This document shows, piece by piece, positions 23,186-34,658 of a stretch of 64,000 nucleotides of DNA. The position numbers and the translations under genes are program-made. This DNA comes from Camelus dromedarius (Eukaryota). A model generated the notes under the pieces. That model was not told where the DNA came from. It did no database searches and saw only the letters and a program-made list of their open reading frames with translations. The stretch spans positions 111,478,001 through 111,542,000 of the forward strand of contig NC_087436.1 in NCBI RefSeq assembly GCF_036321535.1, written 5' to 3'. Position 1 is the stretch's first letter, and every line of letters begins with the position of its first letter.

Positions 23186-24927
23186 CTCCATAATCCCTTT
23201 CGACGATCAGTGACAGCTCCTGGGCTCAGCACGGCTGTGCCCTGTGGTAGCTGGTTGGTATGATGATGAATGGGAAGGCTAAAATTCTCTCTTCTTACCA
23301 TGGTGGGGATGCTAACTGGAGATGAAGCCATGCTGAAGCTGTTTCTAAGTGGAAACAAACAAACAAAAAAAGTAGCTTGCTTTCCAATATCTGAGGTGGA
23401 GATACCCACACAGGAAGGGACACCAGACCAGGACCTGCCCCCAACATTGGTCTTTATAGCTGAAGAACCTGTAAGGTTTATACCATATGTGTCTGGGAGC
23501 CACTTGCTTCTTGAGCTTGATTTCAAAATGAACTTTTATTCACAACAGCATATTTCAATAAGGCTGAATAGGAAATGAACTTGAGAGGTAAGGATCTTGT
23601 AATTAACTTAGAAACAAAAGCACATAGTTTTCCTTGGTGACATTTTCCTCCACAATATGATATTTGATCTCTTCATTTTTACTACGAGAAGGGGCCATCC
23701 GTCCACGCTTTCCTTTATTCCTGTTTTAAGACATTCTATTGGAAAGCATACATTTGGACGAATGCCAATCTCTTCTAAGTTAGCTGAGATATTCATGACT
23801 TTCAAATACCCTGCAATAATTATTAAGTGGGAATAAATATGAAAAATAACTGTCTAAGTAAATTCCCAGTTTTACCAGTGTGAGGAATAGATTTCCTTTT
23901 TCTGTCACTGAATATTATCACAGTGACTAGGAAAAGCATCTGAGTTTTGTCCAGCAGAGAAGAATCCTGGGAGGTGACCTTGAGCAGGTTTGGAAGGTGG
24001 AAATCTTCTGAGTGTTATGCATAAATCAAAAGTAAATTCTAAGCTGATCTCACTAGTTTGTTTTCATCGTCCCTTGCTAATTTTATTTTGTAAATCTCTT
24101 CACCTCTATTTACTTTGCTGGAAGATTTTCTTTCTTTGACGCTGAATGAGCACTACGTGTTCTAATTGGGTTCCAAGATTCTCTGATATGATCTCAATCT
24201 CACTTCTAAGAGAAGTGATTTTTAACAAGTCAGGTACTGTTTCCTTTCAAAGAATTGGCTAAACATGCAGTCATTTTAAAAGCGATCAAACTGTGATTTA
24301 CTGTTTTCAAAGTATTTTTACAAACAAAATTGTTTATTGGACTTCAGAATAGGTTCCTAAAATCCTGATTGCTGACGTTGAACTCGGGAGTACTGAAGAG
24401 AAACACAAAAGCCACATCATCCAGCCAATTTCCTGCTGAGACTTGAGGGCTGTTTCTTAAGGTTTGGGTGTCTTTGCTGCCACAAGTAAAAGGAGATTGG
24501 CTGCCTCAGTCCTGTTCCACTGAGTGCCTGTTGGCTCCTACGCCTGAGGACCGAATGGAGCCTGGACGTTGCATTCAGAAGTCAGTAGCTGGAGGTCTCC
24601 ATTCAGCCTGTTGCTGGATGGGTGACCTTGGATGTGCACATAACCTTGCTAAGCTTTGATTTTCTTATGTGTGACACGGGGTCCCCAGTTGTGGCGGACA
24701 TGCGGAAGGTGACTCCCAGTGAACACAACCTTGTTACATCCCTCTGTCTGAAGGTGGGAGGAACCTGTGAACTGCCTCTAGCTGAGAGAACATGGCAAAG
24801 GTATGGAGATGTCAGTTCCTTGACTAGATTACATTATCTCAGATTGTCTTTGCAGGCTGAAAAGAGACCAGCCTTACCGGCTTTGAAGAAGTAACCTGAC
24901 GTCTTATGAGAGGTCTGGTGGAGAGGG

Positions 24928-25295
24928 TGCTATATACTGAGAGTTTGTTTCCCCCCACCCCAAGTCCATATGTTGAAATTTAATCCCCAAAGTGATGTTA
25001 TTTGGGGTGGGGCCACTGGGAGGGGACCAGGTCATGAGGGTGGAGTATGAATGGGTTTAGGGACCTCACAGAAGAGATCCCAGAGAGCTCCCTCATCCTT
25101 TCTGTCATGTGAGGACGCAGGGAGACCATGAGAAGATGGCATCCATGACCAGGCAGCGGGCTGTCCCCAGACACCAGATCTGCTGCTGGCTTGGTGTTGG
25201 ACTTCCCAGCCTGTAGAACTCTGAGAAATGAGTGTTTATTGTTCAAGCCTCCCAGACTAGGGTCATTTTTATAGCAACCACAACAGACTGAGACA
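24928..25295 (+). mobile_element. MaLR solo LTR, MLT1A-like (nested)
   Basis: 'tgctatatactgag...catatgttgaaat...ccagacaccagatctgctg...ggacttcccagcc...gactgagaca'. 5-bp TSD gaggg/gagga. Confidence 0.88.
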
Positions 25296-25529
25296 GAGGA
25301 CCCCACTGCAAGGAATCACAGGCAGCATCTGAGAGCTGAGAGCAGCTCCGGCTGGTGGGAAGCAAGAATGCAGGGAGATGAACGCTGCCAACAACTTGCA
25401 TGAGCTTGGAAGTCGATTCTTTGCCAGTTGAACCCCCACATGAAAATGCTGCCTCCCGAGACCCTGAGCAGAAGGCAGCCAGGCCGAGCCTGGACTCCTG
25501 ACCCGTGGAAGCTGTTAGATAATAAATAC

Positions 25530-25924
25530 TTTTTTTTGGTAATTAGTTAAAAATTTTCAAAAATTATGGTAAAATACACATAATATGAAATTTATCATCT
25601 TAACTATTATTAAGTTCAGTTGTGTTAAGTATATTCACATTCTGTACAACTAATCTCCAGAATGTTTTCATCCTGCAAAACTGAAAACTCTGTACCCGTG
25701 AAATAGCAGCTTCCTATTTCCCCCTCCCCTAGCCCTGTCAAACGCTATTCGATTTTCTGTTCCATGAATTTGACTAATACAGATACTTCATCAAAACAGA
25801 ATCATACAGCATTTGTCTTGTTGTGACCAACTTATTTCACTTAGTGTAAGTCTTCACAGTTCATCCGTGTTGTAGCACGTGCCAGAAGCTCCTTCCTTTT
25901 TAAGCCTGTATAATATTCCATTGG

Positions 25925-25974
<50 letters not shown>

Positions 25975-26045
25975 TTATTTTTATTTTATTTATTTATTCA
26001 CTTCTCAATGGACACCTGAGTTGCTTCCAGCTTTTTGCTATTGTG
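25530..26045 (-). mobile_element. L1MB-like 3' end (nested)
   Basis: T-tail followed by 'tatggtaaaatacacataatatgaaatttatcatcttaac...ctccagaatgttttcatcctgcaaaactgaaa'. TSD aataaatac/aatgaatac. Confidence 0.85.
25927..25972. repeat. (GT)23 microsatellite
   Basis: Uninterrupted; read directly from the sequence. Confidence 0.95.
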
Positions 26046-26414
26046 AATGAATACGTGCTTTTAAGCCTCTGAGTTTGTGGCAATTTTTTTACCCAGCAAA
26101 AGAAAACTAATACAATAAAGATACCACACAGGGACGTGGTAAAGATTAGGAAATAAAAATGTATAAACTATGAAGTATAATATAATTTTATAATAAGGTC
26201 ACATCATTGGCACACTTAATAGAATTTAACAAACTAAAGATCAAAAAAAAAAAAAAAAAAGGAATCAAGTATATTTTTAAGCGTGAGTAATTCTGCCAGG
26301 CATTCCGTGCAGTGAGCTGACGCCCTGGCGTGAGCTTAGAAAGGGAAACGTGAATCTGCTGTTTCCTCAGATGCCTGAGGACCTCTAGTTGAGTGAAGTT
26401 CTAGTGTTTTTGGA

Positions 26415-26830
26415 TGTATATATTTTGTATGCTTTATAATAAATTACCTCCAACATAGCAGCTTACATTGTTATCTTAGTGTCTCTGGATCAGGGGCCGG
26501 CACAACTTCACTGTGTTCTCTATTTTAGGGTCTCATGAAGCTGTAATCAGGTGTCAGCTGGGCTGCATGGCTTCTGGAGGCTCAACTAGAGAAGAGTCTG
26601 CTTCCAAATTCATCCATGTTGTTGGCAGAACTGATGTCTTTGTGGTTGCAGGACTGAGAACTAAAGCTGTTTGCTGGCTGTTGGCTGGAGGCTGCTCTGG
26701 GCTCCAGGGTGTCTCCCCCAGGTTTCTGCCACGTGGTGCCTCCGCAGGCAGCTCACAGCACGGAAGCTTCCAGCAAGAGAGAGGATGGAGTCAGGATGGA
26801 GTCTTACATAATGTAACGGCAATGGAAATG
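26415..26830 (-). mobile_element. MaLR LTR, MLT1E/F-like
   Basis: 'aagctgtaatcaggtgtcagctgggctgc...ctggaggctcaactag...cttccaaattcatccatgttgttggcagaa'. Confidence 0.75.
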
Positions 26831-27133
26831 ACAGCATAGTTTTTAAAAAAATCCCCAGTGATTCAAATGCATAGTCGTGATTGAACAGTACTGCTGTGGT
26901 CTCAGTCCTGCCTTTTAGACATGAGACACTTGGGCTCAGAGTGGGAAAAAAGACTAATCCCAAATCACACAGGATATCTGAGGCAAAGCCAAGCCTAGAA
27001 CTCAGGGATCTGAATTTCACTTCATGCTTTTGCTATTACATTATGCTGTCTTCTTAACTTGGAATTTGTGGACTACAGTTCACTTCTTTATAAGCTTTGG
27101 GGGAAAAGACTTCACTAGCAAACTTCTAGTTTT

Positions 27134-27332
27134 CAGTGGTGTGCTGGAGCTGGCTCGCTCTGGCTCCTGGTTTCTCCTCCCAACTCCTCATCTCAGTGAT
27201 TTCACAGCAGTAGCTCAAAACAGGCTGTGGTGGAAATATTTACACCATGGAAATTGGCAAACACCTTACATCAGGCTTCTCACCACCCACTCCAACTTGG
27301 ACAACTGGCAGACCTTTACAAGCACACCACTG
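27134..27332 (+). mobile_element. MER63A (hAT-Blackjack MITE)
   Basis: Perfect 12-bp TIRs cagtggtgtgct/agcacaccactg. Internal 'tatttacaccatggaaattggcaaac'. Confidence 0.85.
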
Positions 27333-28179
27333 CTTTAATTTGAAAAATGCAGAATGTGTTTTTACAATAAATATGACACAATTGTGTTTGATCTTGGTCA
27401 AAATGCAAATCAAGTTAGGTAAAGCAACAGTATGAACAATACTGCAGCATGTGTCTTCCTTGTAAGTCAGACACAATATTAATGTTTAATCAATGTTTGG
27501 TGGATGACAGGATGAACCGTCTGGAGTTTATTTCCCACATTTCTTGTCTCCAGAGTTAGTGCGGACTGGTTGTGTTCGCCCCACAAGCTGCTGATATATC
27601 CACAGAGCAGTCAGGCTGTCCATTCCGCTGACTCTGTAAGGTACGACTTGGATTGAATTCAAGGTGCATCCTTACCCTCCAGATTCCTGAAATGGAAGCT
27701 TTGGGGTCCCTTTACCTGCTTCTCTGGGCAGAGTCTTTGGTGTGTTGGGGGAAAAACCAGAAAATTGTTCACTGAAAATAAATTCTGTTGGACTCCCAGA
27801 GTGAAAATTTCCACCTACTTCTGCCCTGAGGGGGCCTGGAGGAAGGGTTCCAGTCTCAGTTCTGTTTCACAGCAACGAAGTGTCGCTGCTTTGAGCTTTG
27901 ATTTCATGGGACTCTCGGAGGCCTGCAGCCCCAGGATGGAGCAGTAGGCTGGACCGTCTCCGAAAACATTTCCAAAGAATTTTCCTTTGATGTGAGGGTC
28001 TTGCTCACTCGGTGGCTTGTCAGGGCTTTTGACCCCAAGTTGTGAACCACGAACTTTGCATAGATCTTTCTCTTTCCCCTTTCTCCAGGTCAGTGCTTCT
28101 CAACCAATAAAGACCTTTATTGATCTTTGACTGCTGTGTTCATCTCTCTTTGTTTTTGAGGGAAGTCAGTGCGAAGAAA

Positions 28180-28420
28180 GAGGCAGCATGATCTGACTGA
28201 AAAGGCACAGATGTGATGTTGGGCAGACCTGCACAGCGCTACCACTTACCAGCCGTGTGACGCCCGGGCCAGCTGCTCTCTGAGCCTCAATCTTGGAAAA
28301 TGGAGCCAGTAATACCTGTTCTTCAAGGTTGTTTCTTTTGGGAAGATAAGTGGAAATTACATGTAAAACGATGAGCCACGTGCCTGCACACAGCCAGGAC
28401 TCACTGAGTGGTAGGGCTCT
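28180..28420 (+). mobile_element. MIR SINE
   Basis: 'ctaccacttaccagccgtgtgac...ctctctgagcctc...aaaatggagccagtaatacc'. Confidence 0.75.
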
Positions 28421-29249
28421 CTAGTGGGGATTCCCTGTAAGAGCAATAGTAAATATTTACAGAATATTTATGAATATTCAATATTTAGCGATTTGAATGC
28501 ATGCATTTCACTTTCTCTTCACAACACCTTCTGTAATTTAGGAGAGCAAGTCCGTCCTCAATGAGGTTTTCATTGATAATTTTTTCTAAGTTTCTCTCAC
28601 CTGCATCCCAATGCGCTGCTGAATTTTCCCTGCAGCTCTTTCCATTGTCAGGAATTGCGTTATCTGTTACATGTTTACAGTTTGTTTTTATCTGTTAAAA
28701 TACAAGCTCCAGTGAGGGAAGAAACTTTGTTTTGATCTCAATTGTACCTCCAGTGCTTGGCTTTATAATAAATAATCAATGAATTTTTTTTAATGAAAGA
28801 GGTAAGTACGAAGACTATCTTCATTTTGCCCCGCAAAGAAACAAACTTAGATATGTTAAATGAATTATTCTAAGGTTCTTCAGCTAGTAAAAGGTATATA
28901 AAAACTGGGATTGGAATTTAGATTGTCAGATTCTGGAATCTATGTGCTTAATAACTACCTCAGCCAGCCTCGTATTCCATAGTTGAAGTTTTTAAAGAGA
29001 GCCGATGTGTTTCTCAAAGTCTTTGTTAAGCTACATATGAGCTCAGCATTGTGGTGGGAGGCATGAGATTTAGAAAAGAAGCTTAATTCAAAGATATTTG
29101 TTTTGGAAGATATTATATTCTGGGAAGGTAAAGTGTACACCTTGACACAGAGAGTAACCTAGGAATACACTTGGTGAAGTTCTCAAAAGTTGAAGAGGCA
29201 AGTATGTGGCTTTATCTCATCAGAGATGGGGCAGCAGTAGGCTCCTCTC

Positions 29250-30640
29250 CAATTCATTTGTTCATTTATCCAACGACATTAAATACTGACAATTGCCAGG
29301 CACTACACCTGTTACACACTTAGAAGATGTAGAGGAATAAGTGATGGTCCTACAGACTCAGGGAGCACACGGTTCCTGGGAAATGCAGACACACGCAGAA
29401 TTAATTATGAAGCAGTATATTAGGTTATAATTGTATTTTCATAGACTATCAGTTATACCACAGGGAGAAGGAAGAGGCAGGGTCAGCAGGTAGCCAGGGC
29501 CCAGCTAATGAAGGGCCATTTTTGATACATTAGGATTTTGGCTTTGTTGTTCAGGTCAGTGCTTCTCAAGTCAGAGTGATTTTGCATCCCTCCAGGAGAC
29601 ATTAGGTGGTATTTGGAGATAATTTTGACTGTCACAATAGGTGGCGGGGGTGGTGGTGGTGCGTAACACAAAGATGTGGCTAAACATCCGACAATGCAGG
29701 GACCGTGGCTCTCAACAGAGAATTTTCTGGCTCTAAATGTCAATAGTGCCAAGGTTGGGAAATCCTGCTTTCAGAAAGGGAAGCGGGTTATTGCAGATCC
29801 GTAAGTGAGTTTCTAACACAGTTCTTGTGTTGGACAATCTGTATGGAAGGCAGATTTGAGGGGCTAAGACTTGAGGCAAGAGGGTAGGCTCCCCCAGCAG
29901 CACAGGGGCCGTTGTAGTGGGAGAGAAGAGATGGGTTGAGGACTTGGTGATTGGATGTGAGTGGGGAAGGAGAGGGATTGGTCAAGTATCTGCCTTGTCT
30001 GGTACAGCCATCGCCTGATGTCCACCCAAGAGTAAGACTAGATATTGGTGGGAAGCATTGTGATCAATTTAAGCAAGCAGATCTGAGATACCCATGGGTC
30101 ACCCAGGCAGAGACATCGAGCAGATATTGGGCATGCAAATTGGAAGCTTAGAGAAACATGACTTTGAAGTCATCAGCTTAGAGTAGTGACAAGTGAATTA
30201 CCCATCTGGGGAGAATGTGTAGAATAAAAACAACAGTGGGTCCAGACTATTACTTTCAGAAATACATGCACAAAGGAGTAGCTAGAAGGTGAAGAACCCT
30301 TGAAAGAGACTAGGGGGCAATATTCTGAGAGGTAGGAGGGTTAGGGGGAAGGTGTGTTATGGAAGCTGAGGAAAGAGGGTTGTGGGAGGAAATGAATGCT
30401 CAGCAGAGTCCAATGTTGCTGACAGTTCCTAAGAGAGGACTGAAAAACGTCCATTGAGTTTGGCAATTCAAAAAACCTGGATGACCTTGAAGAACACATT
30501 CTATTGGTTTGATGGTGGCAGAAGCCAAGTTTCAATGGGTTGAGGGGAGAATGGAAAGGGTAGAAGTGAATATAAGAGAGAGTAGACTATTCTTTTTGGA
30601 AGTTTGGCTGGGAAGGGAAGGAGAGAGAAGGAAGTGATGT
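29250..30640 (-). mobile_element. L2 LINE fragment (~1.2 kb) interrupted by MER20
   Basis: 'attcatttgttcatttatccaac' 3' end. Purine-rich antisense L2 body including 'ccattgagtttggcaattc...atgaccttgaagaac...cagaagccaag'. Confidence 0.7.
29557..29767 (+). mobile_element. MER20 (hAT-Charlie MITE)
   Basis: 'cagtgcttctcaa...gattttgc...tgtcacaa...ctaaacatcc...aaatgtcaatagtgccaaggttgggaaatcctg'. Confidence 0.88.
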
Positions 30641-31085
30641 TAAAGATGTTGCATACAACTTACATCAGTTTGCCTATGCCCAACTCCTTGGTTCTTTTTG
30701 TGATAATAGTAGCCACCAAATTGTTGGCATGTGTGAGAGTGACCACCATTCTCTTACAATTTCATTGCCACGTTTTATAATGAAAGCGAGTGTTAGACCA
30801 AATTCTGACACACATACAGATATTTATTCACCAAGCATGTGATATCTAGCAGGCAAGATGATGCATTCAAATGTTCTGAAAGTCTCATGAACCCTCAACT
30901 TCCCGACCTTTTCAGTAGTATGACCTTCATTTTGATGAAAGGTTCATACAGTGCTATCTAATTATTATCAGGCAACCAGAAATCCTCTGACCCAATAGCT
31001 AGACGCTGTTAGAAATCAGGTCTCAAACACCATTTCTACAATTAGATGCTTTTTAGGGTCTTATACCTTCTTTAGGCATGGGCAG

Positions 31086-31478
31086 TGTATTGGATTGAAT
31101 AGTGTCCCCCCAAATTCATGTCTACCTGGAACCTCAGAGTGATCCTTATTTGGAAATGCGTCTTTGCTGATGTAGTTAGTGAGGTCATAGTGGATGAGGG
31201 TGGTCCAATGATCTGTGCCCTTATAAGAAGGTTGTGTGAAGACAGTGAGACACAAAGGACGGGATGTATAAAATGGAAGCAGAATTTGAAGTGATGCAGC
31301 CACAAACCAAGGAGCACAAAGGATTGTGGAGAATCACTAGGAGCTAGGAAGAAGTAAGGATTTGTCTCCAGAGACTATAGAGGGAGCATGGCTCTGCCCA
31401 CACCTTGATTTCAGGCTTCTCACCTCAAGAACTGTACTTTATGCTACCTTGTTATGGCAATGTTAGGAAAGTAATATA
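31086..31478 (+). mobile_element. MaLR solo LTR, MLT1B/C-like
   Basis: 'tgtattggattgaatagtgtccccccaaattcatgtc...ccttatttggaaat...gagggagcatggctctgcccacaccttgatttc'. Confidence 0.85.
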
Positions 31479-32047
31479 GCCGGAGCATCTCTCAAATATT
31501 TGTTGACTCACATGTCCTGAATTTCACCAAGGAGAGTCCCTTCCTAATTTCCCTGATGCTGATTAACAAAACACCAATTTCACCAGGGACAGCTCATTTC
31601 TGACCCTCATGATGTTCATTATCAGAGCTTCTGGTGTTAATTGTGATGGAGACAACAGAAGTGCTTCCATAGCAGCCCCCTCAGGAGTGTGAGCCCCCTT
31701 AGAAGGTTTCTGGAGGTCAACTGAGACAAACACAAGCCTTGTGCTGCACTTTCTGTGTTGAAGTGTCTTAAATTATGAACAACATTGGCAAGGGAGGTTT
31801 GTATTCTAGAATAGAAAGGTGTGGGCTCAGAGGGGAAATTCAGGGCATAGGAAGATTTGGAAAGTACAGAAGAAATAGGTCAGAGCAACTGATATGCACT
31901 GATAAACTTTCCCAATCAATGGAACCACCTGGAGCCTCTTAATGACTTTTCCCTTTTTACTTTTGCTAGAAAATCACCTTCTTTTTCCCTTTTCAGTTCA
32001 GTTATGGATTCCTAAAAAAAAATCATGGCCATGATTAGCATCACATA

Positions 32048-32158
32048 CAGGGAGGCCAGTTTATCCCTGTTTGTCTGGACCTTTTCTGGTTTTAGCATTG
32101 AAATTCCTGCATCCTGGGAACCTCCCCAGTCCTGGGCAGGTCAGCACCTGGGTCACTA
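32048..32158 (+). mobile_element. MER81 (hAT-Blackjack MITE)
   Basis: 'tggttttagcattgaaattcctgcatcctgggaacctccccagtcctgggca...ggtcacta'. Confidence 0.7.
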
Positions 32159-33784
32159 AGTTCATGTATGTTTGAATAGAATCCTCTGCCCCTTTTCTGT
32201 CCTACCTCCCATATTTTAAGACTGAAATAAAGTAATAGTAAATAGTAAGATCTTGCTAGTTCCTACCTCCTGAACTGGGGCAGTTTAGCTGGGCTGAGCC
32301 CAGGGAAGGAAGTGGTAGCAGGGGAGAAGTACTATCTGAGGACACTCTGGCATCCAGACAGCCAAGCTTGGTTTAATCAGTTGGCTGAATTCCTCAATCT
32401 TTGATCTAAGTTGAAGGACATTGAATAGAAAGTCTTACAATCCATAAGATAGGTAGAGCGATCTGTAAAATCTATGTCCTGAATGAAGGTAAATCATTTG
32501 CATGAGAGAGGTGTGTTTTCCCTTGGCAAGCATGCTCTGTTGTCCCTGAGCGTCTCAAGAGCAGAGAAGTAGCTTCTAACCTGCATGGAACTTAGCTACC
32601 TGGGACACAACTGGTAACTAGGCAAGAGGATAAAAGCCTTCTGAGCAGCCGAAGGGGGGACACCAGCTGAAGATAGTAAACTCCTGCAATTTAAGTAACT
32701 GATGAACCCTCTAGACCCTCACTGTTTGTGGATTGTTGTTTTATACACAATTTTAAGGCCTGAATTATCCCTCTGGCTCTTAGCAATTTAGAAATGGGCA
32801 ATGTGGATCTACTGGAAGGAGACCAATGGAAAGGAGAGGTGCCCACACATCCAAGAACACAAAGGAGAGAGAAAAACTGTAATGTGCAGTCACAGAATGG
32901 GCAGTGGTTTGGGGTCACTTAGTTTGGAGGCACCCAGCGCTACTGCCCTTGATAAAATCTGAGAGATACAACAATGATGATACTGATCAGACAGAAATGA
33001 CACTGATGAGGGGATTCTAGACTTAGAAGCTGACAGCCAGACCCTGACAAATTTACCCTGTAAGGTCTCTCAGAGCCAGCTAACTGATCTTCCCTGGGTG
33101 GTGCTTTGACCATGTGCATTTTTTTCAAACTTCAGTGCCAGTTACAAATGAACAGATGTGTCAGAGAAGGTTGGAGTAGAGCATTCGAAAAAAATGAGGT
33201 GAAACTGAATCTTTAACCCAATAACAGACTATGATCTGTAGGCACTCGACTGTAGAGGTATCTGCCCCCCGCCCCCAACACCCTAAACAAGAATGGCAGA
33301 GCAATATTAATGCTTTCCAATTTGGAAAGTAATCATTTGCAGATTTTACGGCTTTTGGAAGCGAGGATGCAGCTGTATCATCAGACTCATTTCGGCAGAA
33401 GCATGTGTGACATGATTTGGCCAAGAGCCCCGGGCAAACCACAATAAAAGTGTAGAGATATGGATTAAGCTGCAGATCTTATTATATGCAATAATTTCCC
33501 CAAAGCTTGGTGTCTGATCTAACAGCACTCAACTGGGGCTTCAGAAATCCACCGAGCTGTAGAATGGTGGGCAGGACTCCAGGCTTTTGGGAGTTTCTCA
33601 CCGCTTTCTGATCACTGAACCCTTTCATATCTCCATGATTTTTCCACTTTTGACCCCTCCTCTGTGATATCCTTCCTTCTCTTTCCATCTGGAAAATTCT
33701 CTTACTCAACAGTAGGATCCAGCTTCCCTGCCTCTCCTGAACTTATAATTTATCTGTTTATATATCTGTCCCTTCCAATAAATC

Positions 33785-34658
33785 AAGGGCCACCACTTTT
33801 TTTTTTTTTTTTCTGAAAAGGCCAGATAGTAAATATTTTAGGCTCTTTGGTTTATCTGGTCTCAGTCACACCTACGCAATTGTGCCATTGTAGTGTGTGA
33901 GCAGCCCCAGAGAAGACACAAAGGAATGTGTGTGGCTGTCTTCCAATAAAACTACTTAGGGACACTGAAATTGGAATTTCACATATAATTTTCATGTGTC
34001 ACCAAATATTCTTCTTTTGATTTATTTTAACGACTTCAAAATGTAAAAAATGATCCTTAGCTTGCAGGGTGTACAAAAATAGGCAGCAGAACCGATTTGG
34101 CTCATAGGCTATAGTTTGTGGTGTTAGTTTTCTATTGCCACAAATTACCACAAATTGAGCAGCTGAAACCAGTACACATTTGTTATTTCACAGTTTCTGT
34201 GGGCCAGGAGTTCAGGCGCGGCTTAGCTGGGTCCTCTACTTGGAGTCTGAAAAGGCTACAATCAAGGTGTCAGCCAGGTTGTGTTTTCATCCAGGTACTT
34301 GACTAGGCAAGAATCTACTTCCGAGTTCGCGGAGGCTGTTGGCAGAATTCATTTCCTGGGGCTGTATGACTGTATGAGCGAGGGCCCCGCCGTTTAGCTC
34401 CCGGTCAACTGTAGTCCCTTGGTGTGTGGGCTTCCTCCACATGGCTGCGAACTTCATCCAGCCAGCAAGGAGCCTTATACGATGTAACCTAATCACAGGG
34501 AGTGATGACCCATCACCTTTGCCATATTGAATTGATTAGAAGCAAGTCACAGATCCTGCCTGCATTCAAGGGCAAGAGATCATGCAAGGTTATGAAAATC
34601 AGGAGGTGGAAATCATAGGGGAACTGCCTTAGGGTCTAACTGTGACACTAACCCCTTG
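33785..34658 (+). mobile_element. MER58B (hAT-Charlie), interrupted near its end by an MLT1 LTR
   Basis: 'ggccagatagtaaatattttaggct...tgccattgtag...ccaataaaact...gctatagtttg', resuming as 'ctaacccct' after 34647. Confidence 0.8.
34119..34647 (-). mobile_element. MaLR LTR, MLT1E/F-like
   Basis: 'ttagttttctattgcc...cacagtttctgtgggccaggagttcagg...ggctgttggcagaattc...catcacctttgccatatt...tagaagcaagtcac'. Confidence 0.8.

Larger units (their letters stand above)
24690..26114 (+). mobile_element. MaLR LTR (MLT1E/F/G-like) in three pieces
   Basis: TG start at 24690, then 'ggctttgaagaagtaa', 'gaacgctgccaacaac' and 'gagaccctgagcag', ending 'aaaactaataca' at 26114. Confidence 0.8.
24590..26180 (+). 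mobile_element. MIR SINE split by nested insertions (pieces ~24590-24689 and ~26115-26180)
   Basis: 'gggtgaccttggatgtgcacataaccttgctaagctttgattttcttatgtgtg' resumes as 'ataaagataccacacagggacgtggtaaagatta'. Confidence 0.6.

Noticed and set aside
23080..23578. Overlapping 148-aa (-) and 102-aa (+) ORFs
   Set aside because: No recognisable homology, and the minus ORF runs into a MIR.
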